A stretch of 63,141 bases of DNA, counting the filler, from Choristocarpus tenellus KU-1152 (Eukaryota; Protista; Phaeophyceae): assembly GCA_964200185.2 (NCBI GenBank). It is 9 parts of 9 records of this genome, joined end to end, with 100 filler letters (N's around TTAATTAATTAA, not from the genome) between each part and the next. Parts side by side here need not be neighbours in the genome. Positions count along the whole stretch, not along the records: positions 1 to 7,712 come from CAXNAD020005706.1; positions 7,813 to 20,771 come from CAXNAD020001637.1; 7 more parts are not named here. One strand, given 5' to 3'. Numbering within the stretch: position 1 is the first letter of the stretch; each line of letters begins with the position of its first letter. The position numbers and the translations under genes are program-made. The notes beneath the pieces were generated by a model. It saw only the letters and a list, made by a program, of their open reading frames with translations, was not told where the DNA came from and ran no database searches. Of the stretch, positions 1-11,513 are shown piece after piece.

Positions 1-2009
1 TTCCCCAAAGGGTCTTCAAACCAAAATCCCCTGAACGAACCTTCCCCCCCCCCCCCCCCATCCTTCCACCATACACACCTCTCCAAAAGATAGGTATTGC
101 CGAGAGAGCCAGTCATGATGCCGGTACGGAACCACACTACAGAACTGCTCCCCCCTACCCTCCACAACAGCTCCCACCCCAGCCCCAGGCACCCCCTCAG
201 TGAAGCCCTGCCCTTGTCCCTGGCGCTGCCCACTAAAGGCCGACACATGTCGCCTCATCTGCCTGACCGCCCCTTCCACGCTCATGTTCCGCCTGAGGTG
301 GTTGGAGACCAGACGGAGGTGCACCACCTCACCAACCCCCCTTATCTATTATAACATGCAGAAAAGAGAGAGTTTGGACACAGTTCAGAACACACGGCCA
401 CCGGAGGGTGCACTTGTAAGCTCATCGGCGAGGATCACGGCTGTGACAATTTCATTGCCAGTCATCATCAGCGGGTACAGAGACAAGAGTAGATCAGTAG
501 AGGGGGGGGGGGAGGGCTGCTTCTCTTACATGCTTCTCGTATACGGGCGCAGGGTATTATTGCCGCCATCCTGGAAATCGCACAGTATCTATAACTGCAT
601 CACACAGCTCTTGAGTCATGCCACACAAGACAACATTGTTCACGCTAAGGACTCCACATGCAGGAGTCGTGCCGACAATGGTGGGGAACGAGCCAATTAC
701 GATGGGAGTTCACTTTTCACCTGTGAGATGGTCCACATGCTGCATTAAGCCACACTAGCCCTGGAACACCTCACGCCTTCTCAATTTGAAACCACTTACA
801 GCTAGCTTGCACCAAATCTAAGCAGCCACAAAATAAGGATCACCATGGATATACCTATACTTGCAGGTGTTTTTACACAAATGAGTGCATTTCCATTCCC
901 CCACCTGCTCCATGCTATCAGCCCCCAACAGGAGAGCACCACCCCCAGCCGGGGCCTTAGCTAAAGCCCCTCCCTCCAAACTACCCAGTGGCTGACTGCC
1001 ATTGTGTCCAGAGTGCACTATCTCACTCAACAGTGCCGATACCTATCCCAGTAGTTGGGTTCGATGGGCAAAGGGATGATGCAATATGTTCAAGGACTAG
1101 GGTTAGCGCTGTGGTCAGAAAGTGTGCCTGCCGCAGAGACAGGTTGATCTGAGCCCTCACACAAGATGTAAGGAGAGTGGGTGCAGCAGGGGGGGTATGG
1201 TGTAAGGGTAGGAGAGAACCATGAATATCATGGCCGGGGAAAGGGGAGACAAGGTAGAACCAGTTAATCCACCACGGTGTCGGGCCAGCGTCAAAAGCCA
1301 AAAAAAAAGGAGAATGTACAGGCAGGGTTGTTGCAGGAAGCATGGCTAGCACAACATAGAGGAATGACATCATGCTTAGCTGAATACGTTTGAGGCCCAT
1401 AACCACCTCGACCAAAACAGCATCTCAGAACCTGAATGTTGGAGTGACACAAGATCTCCATTTCAGGGCTCAAGGTCACATCACACACTGAATTTGGAGC
1501 ATGCTGAAAGGAGATAACCAAGGGCGGCAAGATACGAGGAGGTAGAAACGACTGCGAACAAGCGAAACCTGATATCTCATCCTCAGGCAACATTACATTC
1601 ACACTCCTGTCCTTCCACAAGGCACACAAAAAAATCACACCTCAATGGCAATGTTCCACAGCCCATACTCTAACAATCACTCCACAACCTGAATTTTCTC
1701 CACCTATCCGCACCCCCTCCCTGGCCCCCTGCACCGTACACCAGAAGACACAAACTAAGAAGAAAAATAATTGAAAAGAGCTATCAGAGAAACATCCACA
1801 CAAACCGCGTGCGATACACACTAACAACAGGAACAGCCAATCTGGTCATGCAGAGACCAGGCCTCCCTCCCACACATACCAAAGAGGGGCACAACAACCA
1901 CCAGAGCTGGACCCATCCCAATTCCATGTAGGTACCACTGGGTTCAACAGACCACAAGATGGTTCAGGTTAAATCTCCAGTGGTGAAATGAGCATATCGT
2001 GCACTATAC

Positions 2010-5000
2010 CTCTTGATAGCACGCCACTGTGCGGTCAATCTGCCCCTGCATCTCAAGGAGCACACCTAGCTTGAAGTACAACCGAGTCAGGAGGGGACGG
2101 TATAATCTTCTAACAGGCACCAGCACTTTCTCCCATCTTTTTTGAGTCGGTTTTGAGGGCATTGGGGAGGTCAGAAGTGGGGGGAGGAAAATCATCACAT
2201 GCAAGGGCGTGTGAGTGACAGAAAGGGTGAAGACAAGTGCTAACATAGGGACATTGGTGTTCCAGAAAACTTCCAATTACTGTTACTGTCTGGCCGTGCT
2301 GCGGCAGGTCTATGAACTAATCGAGACATCAAGGGAGTAAGAACAAAGAGTAGATCCTTTTTAATATATCAAAAAAGGGATTCTCAACAGCAGCTTGCAC
2401 ATGCAGACGTTAAGTTGCTGATTTAAAGGCTTAACAAAAACTCAACCTGGTCCCAAACACAAACAAATACCTACCTGCAACACTTTACCAACAAACAAAA
2501 TTGACAATGTCAGAGGAAAAGACTAATATATATATATATACATTATGTAGAAACACTACATTGCCAAACAAACATCTTAATCTCCAATTTAAAAAAAATA
2601 AACGCTAAAAACCAGGGCTTCTCATCAGTCCGGGCAGATAGCGACCGGGGTCAAGGCCATGAAGTATTTGACAGTCATGGACCGCCCCTTGTTGTAAAAC
2701 ATGTTGGTGCCACACCGGCCCGCAGTCCAGCCATGTTGAAATAGTTGACACCCATGGATTGAAAAATGTTTGTTATATCCTACCTGTCCAACCCAATGAA
2801 GATGGATTGGGCTGGGCCGGTCAAAACATTTCTCAGTTTATTTCAAATACCTGTGGGATAAACATTCATTTCTATACATATTTATATATATTCCTTCAGC
2901 CACCCAGTCATCCGCTGTTGAGCTATGTGTTCTGAGACTACTGGGTTGATCTCTTGCCATCTATATTTCAACATGACCGCAGGCCAGTCAGTGACCACCT
3001 CAGATACAATCTCTGGCGATCTAGGGCCGGACATATCAGACTGGACAGGTTCCAATACTTGGTGGGCCTGATCTGGACACGTTTGAAAACATCTGAACAG
3101 GGCCGGTCCCTTCACATTTGCCCGGCATGATGAAAAATCACGATAAAAACGCCACAATCTTTGCACAGAACCAGAACACAGAGGGAGCAGCACAAACACA
3201 ACGAAGCACGGGCATCAACTCGCCTTCTAAGGCGTGCAACAAGCTTGGCGTAGTGGTTGAGGGCGAGGTCCCTAGCCTGCTTGGCAACTTGTCGCATGGC
3301 AGGGCTGTTCAGGGGTCCAATATCAGTTTCCGCCATCACCACAACCTGACGGGCATCCACTTCAGCAGCCCTTCAGAACGAGAACCACACAAGGAGGGTG
3401 TGTAGAGGCCAGTAGATATGTGGGAGTGGTGAGAGTGAGCAGGAGAGCACAAGGGACCAGAGAAAAGAGAAAAGGAATAACCCCACTCTTTAATTATTTT
3501 CTTTTTCATTGTGTGAAATTGCACACATTAAGAGAACATTACACACCTTTTTTTATGTAACCACATCTAAAAATGCAGTGTATAATCAGATTTGAGTTGA
3601 ATTCATAGAGTAATGAAGTTACTCCGTAGTGTCCTGGAGACTCTGTCTGTAGCGCTGTAACCCCCTGGAATTGCTGCAATTTCTAAATTCTTACGTCATA
3701 CTTGCGCTAATGTTCTTTGAAAGAAACATTTTGGGACAATCTCAATCTCCAACAGCCGATCAAATGATCTTGGTCATCACTACTATTTATTTATTTATTT
3801 TTTGGGGGGGAGGGGGTGCCACCACCTCTGACCTTTTCTATCTTGGCTTTGAGGGAGTAAAAAAAAAATATAGGGTGGACCTCTAAAAAGGTCGAAGGTG
3901 ATGCACATCACTCATGCAGCAAAGATGCGTGTGTGTGACGTATGTATGTATCATATATAACAACAAAAAAAAGAGTTGAGGAGTCATTGTGTACACCGAA
4001 AAAGTGTCAAGGGGCAGCAGGGTAAGGACAGGTTGTGTAAAGGCAAGAGCAAAACATCATCGGGCGAACTGTGTCCAGTGTACAAAGTATAGAGAGGGCA
4101 GAGGGGTAGGTAACTGAGGGTTCAGCTATGGGTGAGGGAGAAAACGGCAAAAGGTTGCTCGTTCTGAGTATGCGATGGAGCAGGGCAAAAATCAACAACA
4201 CGGCATAGTAGATAGGACTAGACAACGCTTTCAGGTGTCACCAAAAAAAAATCTACATGTTTTATCAATCACAATATTGATGGAGTTTGTTACGCAAAAA
4301 TGAAGTTGGGGGCACCGGGCTTGACATTGAGCAGACCCTATAAATTGAAGTGGTATAATGGGGAAGCTGTCCAAATGTTTCATGAGATCTGTCCATGCTG
4401 TGTGCACTGTGGTGCAACGGTGTAAATTATCCCTGAAATCAAAAGAAACTTCCATATGGAAACATATGCTTGTCCAATTTCTAGGGGAGAAAGTGCAATT
4501 TGGAATATCCATTCCAGAAACTATATATTCATCTTCATATCCTCCAGAAGACACCTCAAAAGTTGGGGTGAGTCAGGCGGCATAATAACTTCAAACCAGA
4601 AGGAAATCATCCTAACCTCTAAATCATACAGATTTCGTTCGACCAGAGTGCCTCTACAGCGATGTGTGCACATATTCCAAGTACAATTGACAACACAGTT
4701 AACAACCAACAAATCATTTCAAATCTCTGTTCCATCTATTTCGATAACCAAATTCCAAGTCTGCACACCTCTGTGCAAAATCTCTGCCTATGGAATAAGA
4801 ACGCATTTATTTTCGTTGATATGGCAAAGTTAGCATAACTACCCGCTGAATCACTTCGATGTAAATTACGATGCAGTCAACGAACAACAAATGGTGCTGA
4901 AACTGGTGTTCCATCCGATTTGTCAACATCCAAGATCGTACACGACCGCAACATATACTTGGTCTGGTCTGTAGATATACGTTGTCCCTAGTTGTGGAAA

Positions 5001-5858
5001 ATGTGCTTTACGTTTAGGAACCTTGCACCACAGCATGGAATAAACCGCGGTAGCAGGAAAAGAGGTTGCATCCCAAGAGGAAAAGTGTCACCTTCGCAGG
5101 CTGAAGACCCGATCATCGACAAGGTCCCTGTCCTCGCGTCCCCCACCCGGTCCGGTCGCCGAGCCTCCCCGAACTAATACCAACAGAATCTTGCCAAATT
5201 TCATGAACCAGACAATAGCGAAGGACATGAAACCGCAAGTTGCGCATCAGTTGTGGGGGTAGCCATGTGGGACAAGATGGGATGAGGTGGTGTAACCATC
5301 CCGCTGTGTGGTGAGCACTAATCACCTATTTTTTTAAACCTTCCTACCTATCACAAGTGTTCTCAAGACTGAACTTAGAAGTGATAGGGCATTGCATACC
5401 TTTGTGTCCCTTGGAGCAAGGGCGGCGGTCACTCGCCGGATGTCCTGCACAATTCTAGCCTCAGACACGGCCCATGCCTCCGGACTCGCAGCCAGGTCCA
5501 GACCCGAAAAATACACAAGAACCCCAGGAAGCTCGAGCGTATACTTGCGGAGCCAACCACGCTTTACCAAACCTTCTGGTAAAGCACCTTCCACAACCCT
5601 CACCCCGTCGCTGCCTCGCCAAGCTCCTCCACCAGGTTTCTTAGGACGGAACTCTGCATTAGCAGGTAAACTGATGTATCGTGACTCCGGTCCTGTTGAG
5701 TCAGTGTTGTCAGCGGCTAGGAGTGCGCTAATAACTACATCCGATGAAGGGGGCGAAGGTCGGGTGCCATCTCCACCTCCAGGGCCGGGATAGGCGTGTG
5801 CCATGATGGCCACCACAGGACGGGGGTCATCAAGCGCTTCTCTCTGTGACACCTGCAT
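2010..5858 (-). CDS. TRAPPC11: Trafficking protein particle complex subunit 11 (TRAPPC11/foie gras), first four exons; 3' part not found in this contig
   Basis: Exons 5858-5400, 5189-5092, 3370-3224 and 2136-2010 splice in frame (phases 0, 2, 2). Translation MQVSQ..PRPVVAI..PEGLVKRGWLRKYTLELPGVLVYF..RDTK|ILLVLV..DDRVFSLR|RAAEVD..HYAKLVARLR|R..LLTRLYFKLGVLLEMQGQ..YQE is colinear with remembered human TRAPPC11 ([58 protein letters not shown]). Confidence 0.88.
2613..3142. mobile_element. Non-autonomous hAT-type MITE in TRAPPC11 intron 3
   Basis: Left end CAGGGCTTCTCATCAGTCCGGGCAGAT is an imperfect inverted repeat of right end ATTTGCCCGGCATGATGAAAAATCACG. Flanks are ctaaaaac / ataaaaac (7 of 8 match). 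An 8-bp TSD with a CAG terminus is the hAT signature. Confidence 0.6.
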
Positions 5859-6361
5859 ATTCTTTGCAGGTGATTGATAGGCTGACCTTACAAGGCTTCC
5901 GCCTTGCCTGGAAAGCGGCGTCTGATCTATGAGAGGGCGAGTTGGTGTTCCTCGATTCCGCGCGCGAATAAGCAATCTCACCGCATTTTTTGTGGGACAT
6001 CAACTCGAGGGCATACGAATTCCTACTCGAATACACGTTACATTGTTTCTACAACTATACTCGTAATATTAAGTTTTAGTCGGGAACTTCTCCACACATG
6101 GCACTATTTCTTCTGTTCTATGAACTACCAACTAATTCCACTCCCCCGTGCATGCCTTGATATTTTCTCACACGTTTAGCCGTCCAATTCCTAGTTGTCT
6201 CTGGCGAGTACTCGTCTACAATGAATCTTCTCCCCAACGATACAAATCTTTCCTTGTGCCCCTTTTTTGTGGTTTAGCGTAAGATAGTAAGGTACTGGTA
6301 AGTTGTCCGAATACACTTGCCACATGTCCAACAAAATCTAATGTTCTCTGAAGAAAATCGG

Positions 6362-6437
6362 GGCTTTGCAACCAGGGTTTGAAACCGGTCATTCCTGCGA
6401 CAGACTGCTTCCAGACAACCACCTGAGCTATATGGCC
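6362..6437 (-). pseudogene. Degenerate tRNA-like sequence (possible SINE head or tRNA pseudogene)
   Basis: Minus strand GGCCATATAGCTCAGGTGGTT...GACCGGTTTCAAACCCTGG has an A-box-like and a B-box-like motif at tRNA spacing, but no intact cloverleaf. Confidence 0.25.
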
Positions 6438-6809
6438 AAACTCATTCTCATACTAACTACTCACTGTGTAACTTGTTGCACTACAATACCTCCATTCCTG
6501 CCTTATTTCTCACGCGTTGGGTTCGGCACACTCCCACCACTCGTCCTTCCACCATGTGTCTCCCTCGAATCTTGTCTCAGACCCGCCTCGAATTTCCCTT
6601 CTTGATTTTGATCTTCCGGTGTTAACGAAGACAGGATACTACAGGTGGACTACTCCGTTGTGTTTGCCAGGTGGAACAGGACAATCGAAAAATAGCTTTC
6701 CGCCAAAATAAGTCTGACATCGAAGGGTTCCGCAAAAGCACTTGCGTAGCCGTTTCAGCTCCATCAAAGCATAACCAATGATAGGTCACAGAATAGCCAA
6801 ATTGGACAC

Positions 6810-6835
6810 TGTAGTAGTAGTAGTAGTAGTAGTAG
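6810..6835. repeat. (GTA)n microsatellite
   Basis: gtagtagtagtagtagtagtagtag seen directly. Confidence 0.9.
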
Positions 6836-7515
6836 AGTATCTAGCAGTGTGTAGCAATCAAGCAGCGCATCCGTATCATTGGTGCCATGACACCGGAATC
6901 AACCAGGGATCGGACATGGAGATCTGTCCACGCGACCATCCTCCACGCCAGTCCCAGAGGATCATTTACTTCATCCTCCAAAGCACATAAGGAATCAATA
7001 TCATGGAGGACGTTCTACTCTCTCTTTAACCAGACATCCACGCTTAACAAACGAACACAATGCATGTAGGTCTACACTATTTATACTACATATTTCATAC
7101 TATACTACTACAACCCCTTACTACACTATTTCCTATCCTCTCAACACAGAAAACCATTCTCATAATGTATGGGATTAGGTGTCTCTAACTTCTTCCTTCT
7201 TCTGTTACACCACTACTTTCCACTTCATCTGTGCCCTGCCCTTGCCCCTCTCCTTTGTGGTACTCTCTACCTCCAACCCCACCTAGCAGTATACTCCCCA
7301 ACCTTGATGAAAAATAAGGGTAGAGGAACAATGGATGGTACATCGCATTAGGAGTATAAAGGAATATTGTTTTCTTGTACTTAGGAGCATTGCACAACTA
7401 CTCCTAGAGACACTCAGCAGAACAGCAACATTAGATTAAAAGGTTCCAATGATACCCATCTGTAGTAGACATGGTAGTGTGGTATGGGCAAGGGAGTAGA
7501 GAACGTGGGGGTTAA

Positions 7516-7696
7516 GGCTCAAAGTATCTGGGTGGGGATGGCGGCTATCCACTTGGAGCCAATTTTTTCCATGTTGCGATTTTTGGGTGATTTGGTTGTG
7601 TACGTCGGATGGATAATGTAAGTGCACTTTTCCTGGTTATGGCCCAAATGGACCCCCTGGTGTAGACCCCCCCCCCCCCCCAAGATACTTTGGGTC
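7516..7696. mobile_element. MITE family B (~180 bp), full copy, TTAA target duplication
   Basis: ttaa|GGCTCAAAGTATCTGGG...CCCAAGATACTTTGGGTC|ttaa. Homologous copies at 20600, 26138, 33199, 43402 and 48737. Confidence 0.85.
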
Positions 7697-7712
7697 TTAA
7701 GGCATGAAGGGG

Positions 7713-7812
7713 NNNNNNNNNNNNNNNNNNNNNNNNNNNNNNNNNNNNNNNNNNNNTTAATTAATTAANNNNNNNNNNNNNNNNNNNNNNNNNNNNNNNN
7801 NNNNNNNNNNNN
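7713..7812. other. Artificial contig linker (N44-TTAATTAATTAA-N44)
   Basis: Identical 100-nt spacer with stop codons in all six frames. Also at 20772-20871, 26286-26385, 33289-33388, 43302-43401, 49594-49693, 56226-56325 and 59697-59796. Confidence 0.98.
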
Positions 7813-8757
7813 TTATGGAGTCCAGGATATGGCAAGAGATAACCCCCCCCCTCTCCCCCCCTTCAGATCTTTGTTGTTGTGAACCAGTGATTTGATTAAA
7901 TTGGGACAAATCAAGACTGATAATTGAGGGATTACATTTGATCTCTTCATTTCCATGTGAATGAGTGGCCTGCATTTACATTTTAATCATGGTTGAGTGC
8001 TTTGGAATTTCTAGCCAGTTCAGCTGGTACTCAACATACCTTTGATTCACAACACCACAGATGCTGCCCTTGCAGACTAGAGGATTAGTCTTCTGAGTCT
8101 ATTTATCCTAGATCCAAGGCATGATACCTAAACGTTTGCAGTATCTTTTTTTGTAGAGTGATAGTAGTGATCTTCCTTTTGCATGATGTTGTATGTTACA
8201 CTATAAAGGTCCTGTTCGATCTGGCATGGGAAGGGTGGTCATTCCCCAAAGAGTGTTCTGGTTGTATGTGTATTATGTATAGCTTAGAGCAGTGATCTAA
8301 GAATGAGCATTGCTAGCAAGCTGTAGTTACATTGTCGGATTCTGCCTTTACCCATAAGTTGTTTTCAATGGCAGAAACTGACTTGGTTGTCACTTGACCT
8401 GTTTAGAGATTATCTTAACCTCCCCCACTGGGCACCTATTAGCTCAGGGTTTTATTGACTGAACTACACATCCTGTGTTGTAAGGCTCCATGAATGTGTT
8501 TCTGAGTGTATAACAAGTGAGGTACAAGGGTTTCCAAGATTGCCTCATCAGAGTCAGTCACCCAGTCCAGTTCAGTTCACAATGCCCAGTACTACAGAAG
8601 CAATACCCCACTCATGCTCATGTTGCCGTCCATCCACCGCAGTACCTGTCTGGCAAAGAAGGTCTTGCCTGCAGAGGTATTGGAACACAGTTTGTTTCAT
8701 ATTTGCTTTTTAAGGTATCTGACCTCCATGCTTTCATCACAAACCCCGATTTTCAGG

Positions 8758-8898
8758 AAGCGGAAATTGCGTGAAAACCTCACTTGGCTGGAGGAGCAAC
8801 AGGCAACAATAAACCAGCAGGTCAAACTTGGAGGGGGCCTTGTGAAGGGTGGGGGAAGCAGCGCAAAGCACCGGCCCAGGGTTGGGAAGGGTCGTTAG
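8758..8898 (+). CDS. Probable terminal exon of an unidentified gene (coiled-coil then Gly/Lys-rich basic tail)
   Basis: Acceptor ttttcag at 8751-8757, then (R)KRKLRENLTWLEEQQATINQQVKLGGGLVKGGGSSAKHRPRVGKGR*. It is a purine/GC-rich island in otherwise intron-like sequence. Confidence 0.4.
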   Translation, partial: KRKLRENLTWLEEQQATINQQVKLGGGLVKGGGSSAKHRPRVGKGR

Positions 8899-10124
8899 CA
8901 AGCCATTCTGGAACCAGTGTTTCATATATCGAGTCTTTGCCTTCATGCTGTGGTCCTCTGAATTTCTGTGCACAAATTTCGCCATTGGTAGTGTTCCCTC
9001 ACAGGAGTTACAAAGGGGTACATGATGTAAGGCTTTTATCCAGGTTCACACCAGTTACAAACCTTGTGGTGCTGAGACTGGAAATGCAAAGCCCTGGTAG
9101 TAACTTTGTGAGTGAACTTCATACATTGAACTAGATTAACTGTCTCTGCAGTACTCCTAGAAATATAACACCAGTTTAATCAGCATGTATCACTTGAAAG
9201 AGGCTACTAAGGATAACTAGGTGTGCACTGAGTACAATTAATTGCCTTTGCACCTCCTGTAGACACAGAGATCCTTTCACCTTCCCAGACAGGTGCATGC
9301 ATCACTCACAACGCACTTACTTACATGTGAGCAGATGTTTGCAATCTTCATGTCCAGATATCACAGCATTTACACTCAGACGAGTCACAGTAGAAAGCGC
9401 AACAATCCCAGCCGAAAATGAACAATCTTTTCTTCATATTTTCTCTTCTGCTGTAGTTGTACACAGTGCTATGATGGTGGCGCACGACCATTATCTGTCC
9501 TGTTGATAAAAAAAAATCCGCTAATAATAGTAAAATACATGCCCAGATATGTGGCAAAATGTTTTGTCGTTTGGCATAGAAGAATGGATGCATGTTAAAG
9601 AACAGAGCAAGGAGAGTATACCCCATACATTATAATAACCACTCCAACAACATTAATCTCCAGGTAGGTATGAGAAGACACACTGACAATACACATGTTA
9701 GTACTATTAATACAGTGGTTGGTTGCATGATGTGCCTGAGAAAAAGCCACGAGGAGTGCCTATTCTACGTAAGATAAAAGATTGCTCCACTTTTCTCCAA
9801 CGCTTTCATGGTGCGAAGAAAGGTATCAGCAGTACTACAACTGCTGTACCCTCAAAAGATTTGCCCACCGTACCTAGCAGAGGTGGCCACGTAAACGTTT
9901 CTGATGTATTTCTAAATTATTTTATTGTTGCTGTTTTTAAAATATATGTATCTGAAGTGCCCAGAATTCCGACTCTACCCTTCCATCTTCCTACAGCATC
10001 AACATATGCCTCCTATATCCATGCCCCCAAATATTCTAGTCCAGTTCCATCATTAACCCGGCTCCTCCATGTTGTGTACATCTTCCAGTCTGATCGATCA
10101 ACTCATCATGATTTCCTTTGTGTT

Positions 10125-10987
10125 CTAGAGGAAACGCGACGCCCCTGGCTTCGCCTTGGGGATCTCCTTCACTTTAGCGAAGGTGTGCCCAGCGCCTTTA
10201 TCGATCTTCTTAAGCCAATCCGCCAAAGGCTGAGGAACACGCGAATGACAGAGAGTCGGCGTCAGAGGGGAGGGGTCAGTCAAGAGATCGTCATGATACC
10301 CCACAAAGAGTGAAGTCAATATAACACTATCATTCAAAAGTCTTGAGCACTATTTTTTGGGGCGTCTTTCCACTGCTCCATGATCAAGTCTGTTCATTAT
10401 CTCCAAAGGGGGGTAACAAGAGCCATGCAGATCCATACACTTGGGATCACCTCTGTCACCCCAGAAATAGTACCATAACAGCGCCAACTAGTTTTTTGGT
10501 GCTTTCACGTGACAACAAACGGAACCAGAATACTGGCGTTCAACTGGTAGGTCTCTCGAGATGCAATCGGAGAGAATCTTCTACACAAAACATTGTAGAC
10601 ACCATTTGTTCCTGATTTCGTTCCTTCAAAATTGGCAGGACCAGCCAATATGAGTGTGAACCAATCGGGTGTAAGACGTGTGATCATAGTTGTCCAAAGA
10701 ACTTTCGAGTCGAGTCTTGCAACTCCAAACGTTTTCTGGGCAAGCAATACCTCTGACTTCTTCTTCGCGTAGTAGGCCTTGTTCTTCGCCTTGTTCTTCA
10801 CTTCCTTATCCTTGATCGCTGCCCACTCCTTAGCTGTGAGACCATCCGGTACATAGCTGTCCGCCAGGGCAGTAGGAGCACGAACTGGGCGGACAGTTGC
10901 AATACCAGTGGGCATGGAGACACGGAAGGCTGACACCGCCGCAGCGCATGCAACGATCAGCACGACAAGGATCATCTTGAGAGTCAT
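10125..10987 (-). CDS. Small (113 aa) 2-exon nucleus-encoded plastid-targeted protein of unknown function
   Basis: Exon 1 10987-10751: MTLKMILVVLIVACAAAVSA-FRVSMPT..YVPDGLTAKEWAAIKDKE..KKSE, donor GAG|GTATTG. Exon 2 10229-10125: acceptor ctcag, PLADWLKKIDKGAGHTFAKVKEIPKAKPGASRFL*. A hydrophobic signal peptide, VSA|F cleavage motif and S/T/R/P-rich transit peptide form an ochrophyte bipartite pre-sequence. Confidence 0.82.
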
Positions 10988-11513
10988 GATGATAACGACG
11001 ATAGCGTTGTTGTAGTTGAGTTTGTGAACACCAAATTTCTCTCACAGGATGGAAATCGAGTAGTGCCTCGAAAGTAGTGAAGAGTAGAGGCTATGATAGT
11101 ATCTGAGAAGTAACGAGAGTGGTATATTGGGCATTTAACAACAGATGACCTTGAAATTAGGTCTCGCTGTTGATCTCTTCAACTTACGAGAAAGCCAGTG
11201 TGAGAGGTGTGTTTGAAACTGTGACTCTTGAGAATAACTCCACAATCATTGCATTGATGTGACTGATTCTTGACACACCTGATTGAGGAAGACATTTTGT
11301 ATCTTTCTATTGTTGAATTGAATGTTGAACAAGGTTCAATCATATTGTCACATTTATATATTATCACGTCATCATCAGAAGAAAATATTTGGGATCCAAT
11401 CAGTAGGGATATAGTGTTGAAGGCAGAGGTGACATGACTCGACAGTTGGAACATCATTGCATATCAATGAAGAATGTATGGGATGTTGATGGGAATAACG
11501 AAAACCAAAGGTA

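Noticed and set aside
1-1950. Overlapping 70-180 aa ORFs, possibly further TRAPPC11 exons or a non-LTR retroelement remnant
   Set aside because: No recognisable motif or convincing splice-compatible exon. Left unannotated.
9723-10313. 196-aa plus-strand ORF
   Set aside because: Antisense to exon 2 and the 3' UTR of the plastid-protein gene, with non-protein-like composition.
10505-10750. C-terminal half of the listed 160-aa ORF
   Set aside because: Read-through into an intron after the GAG|GTATTG donor.
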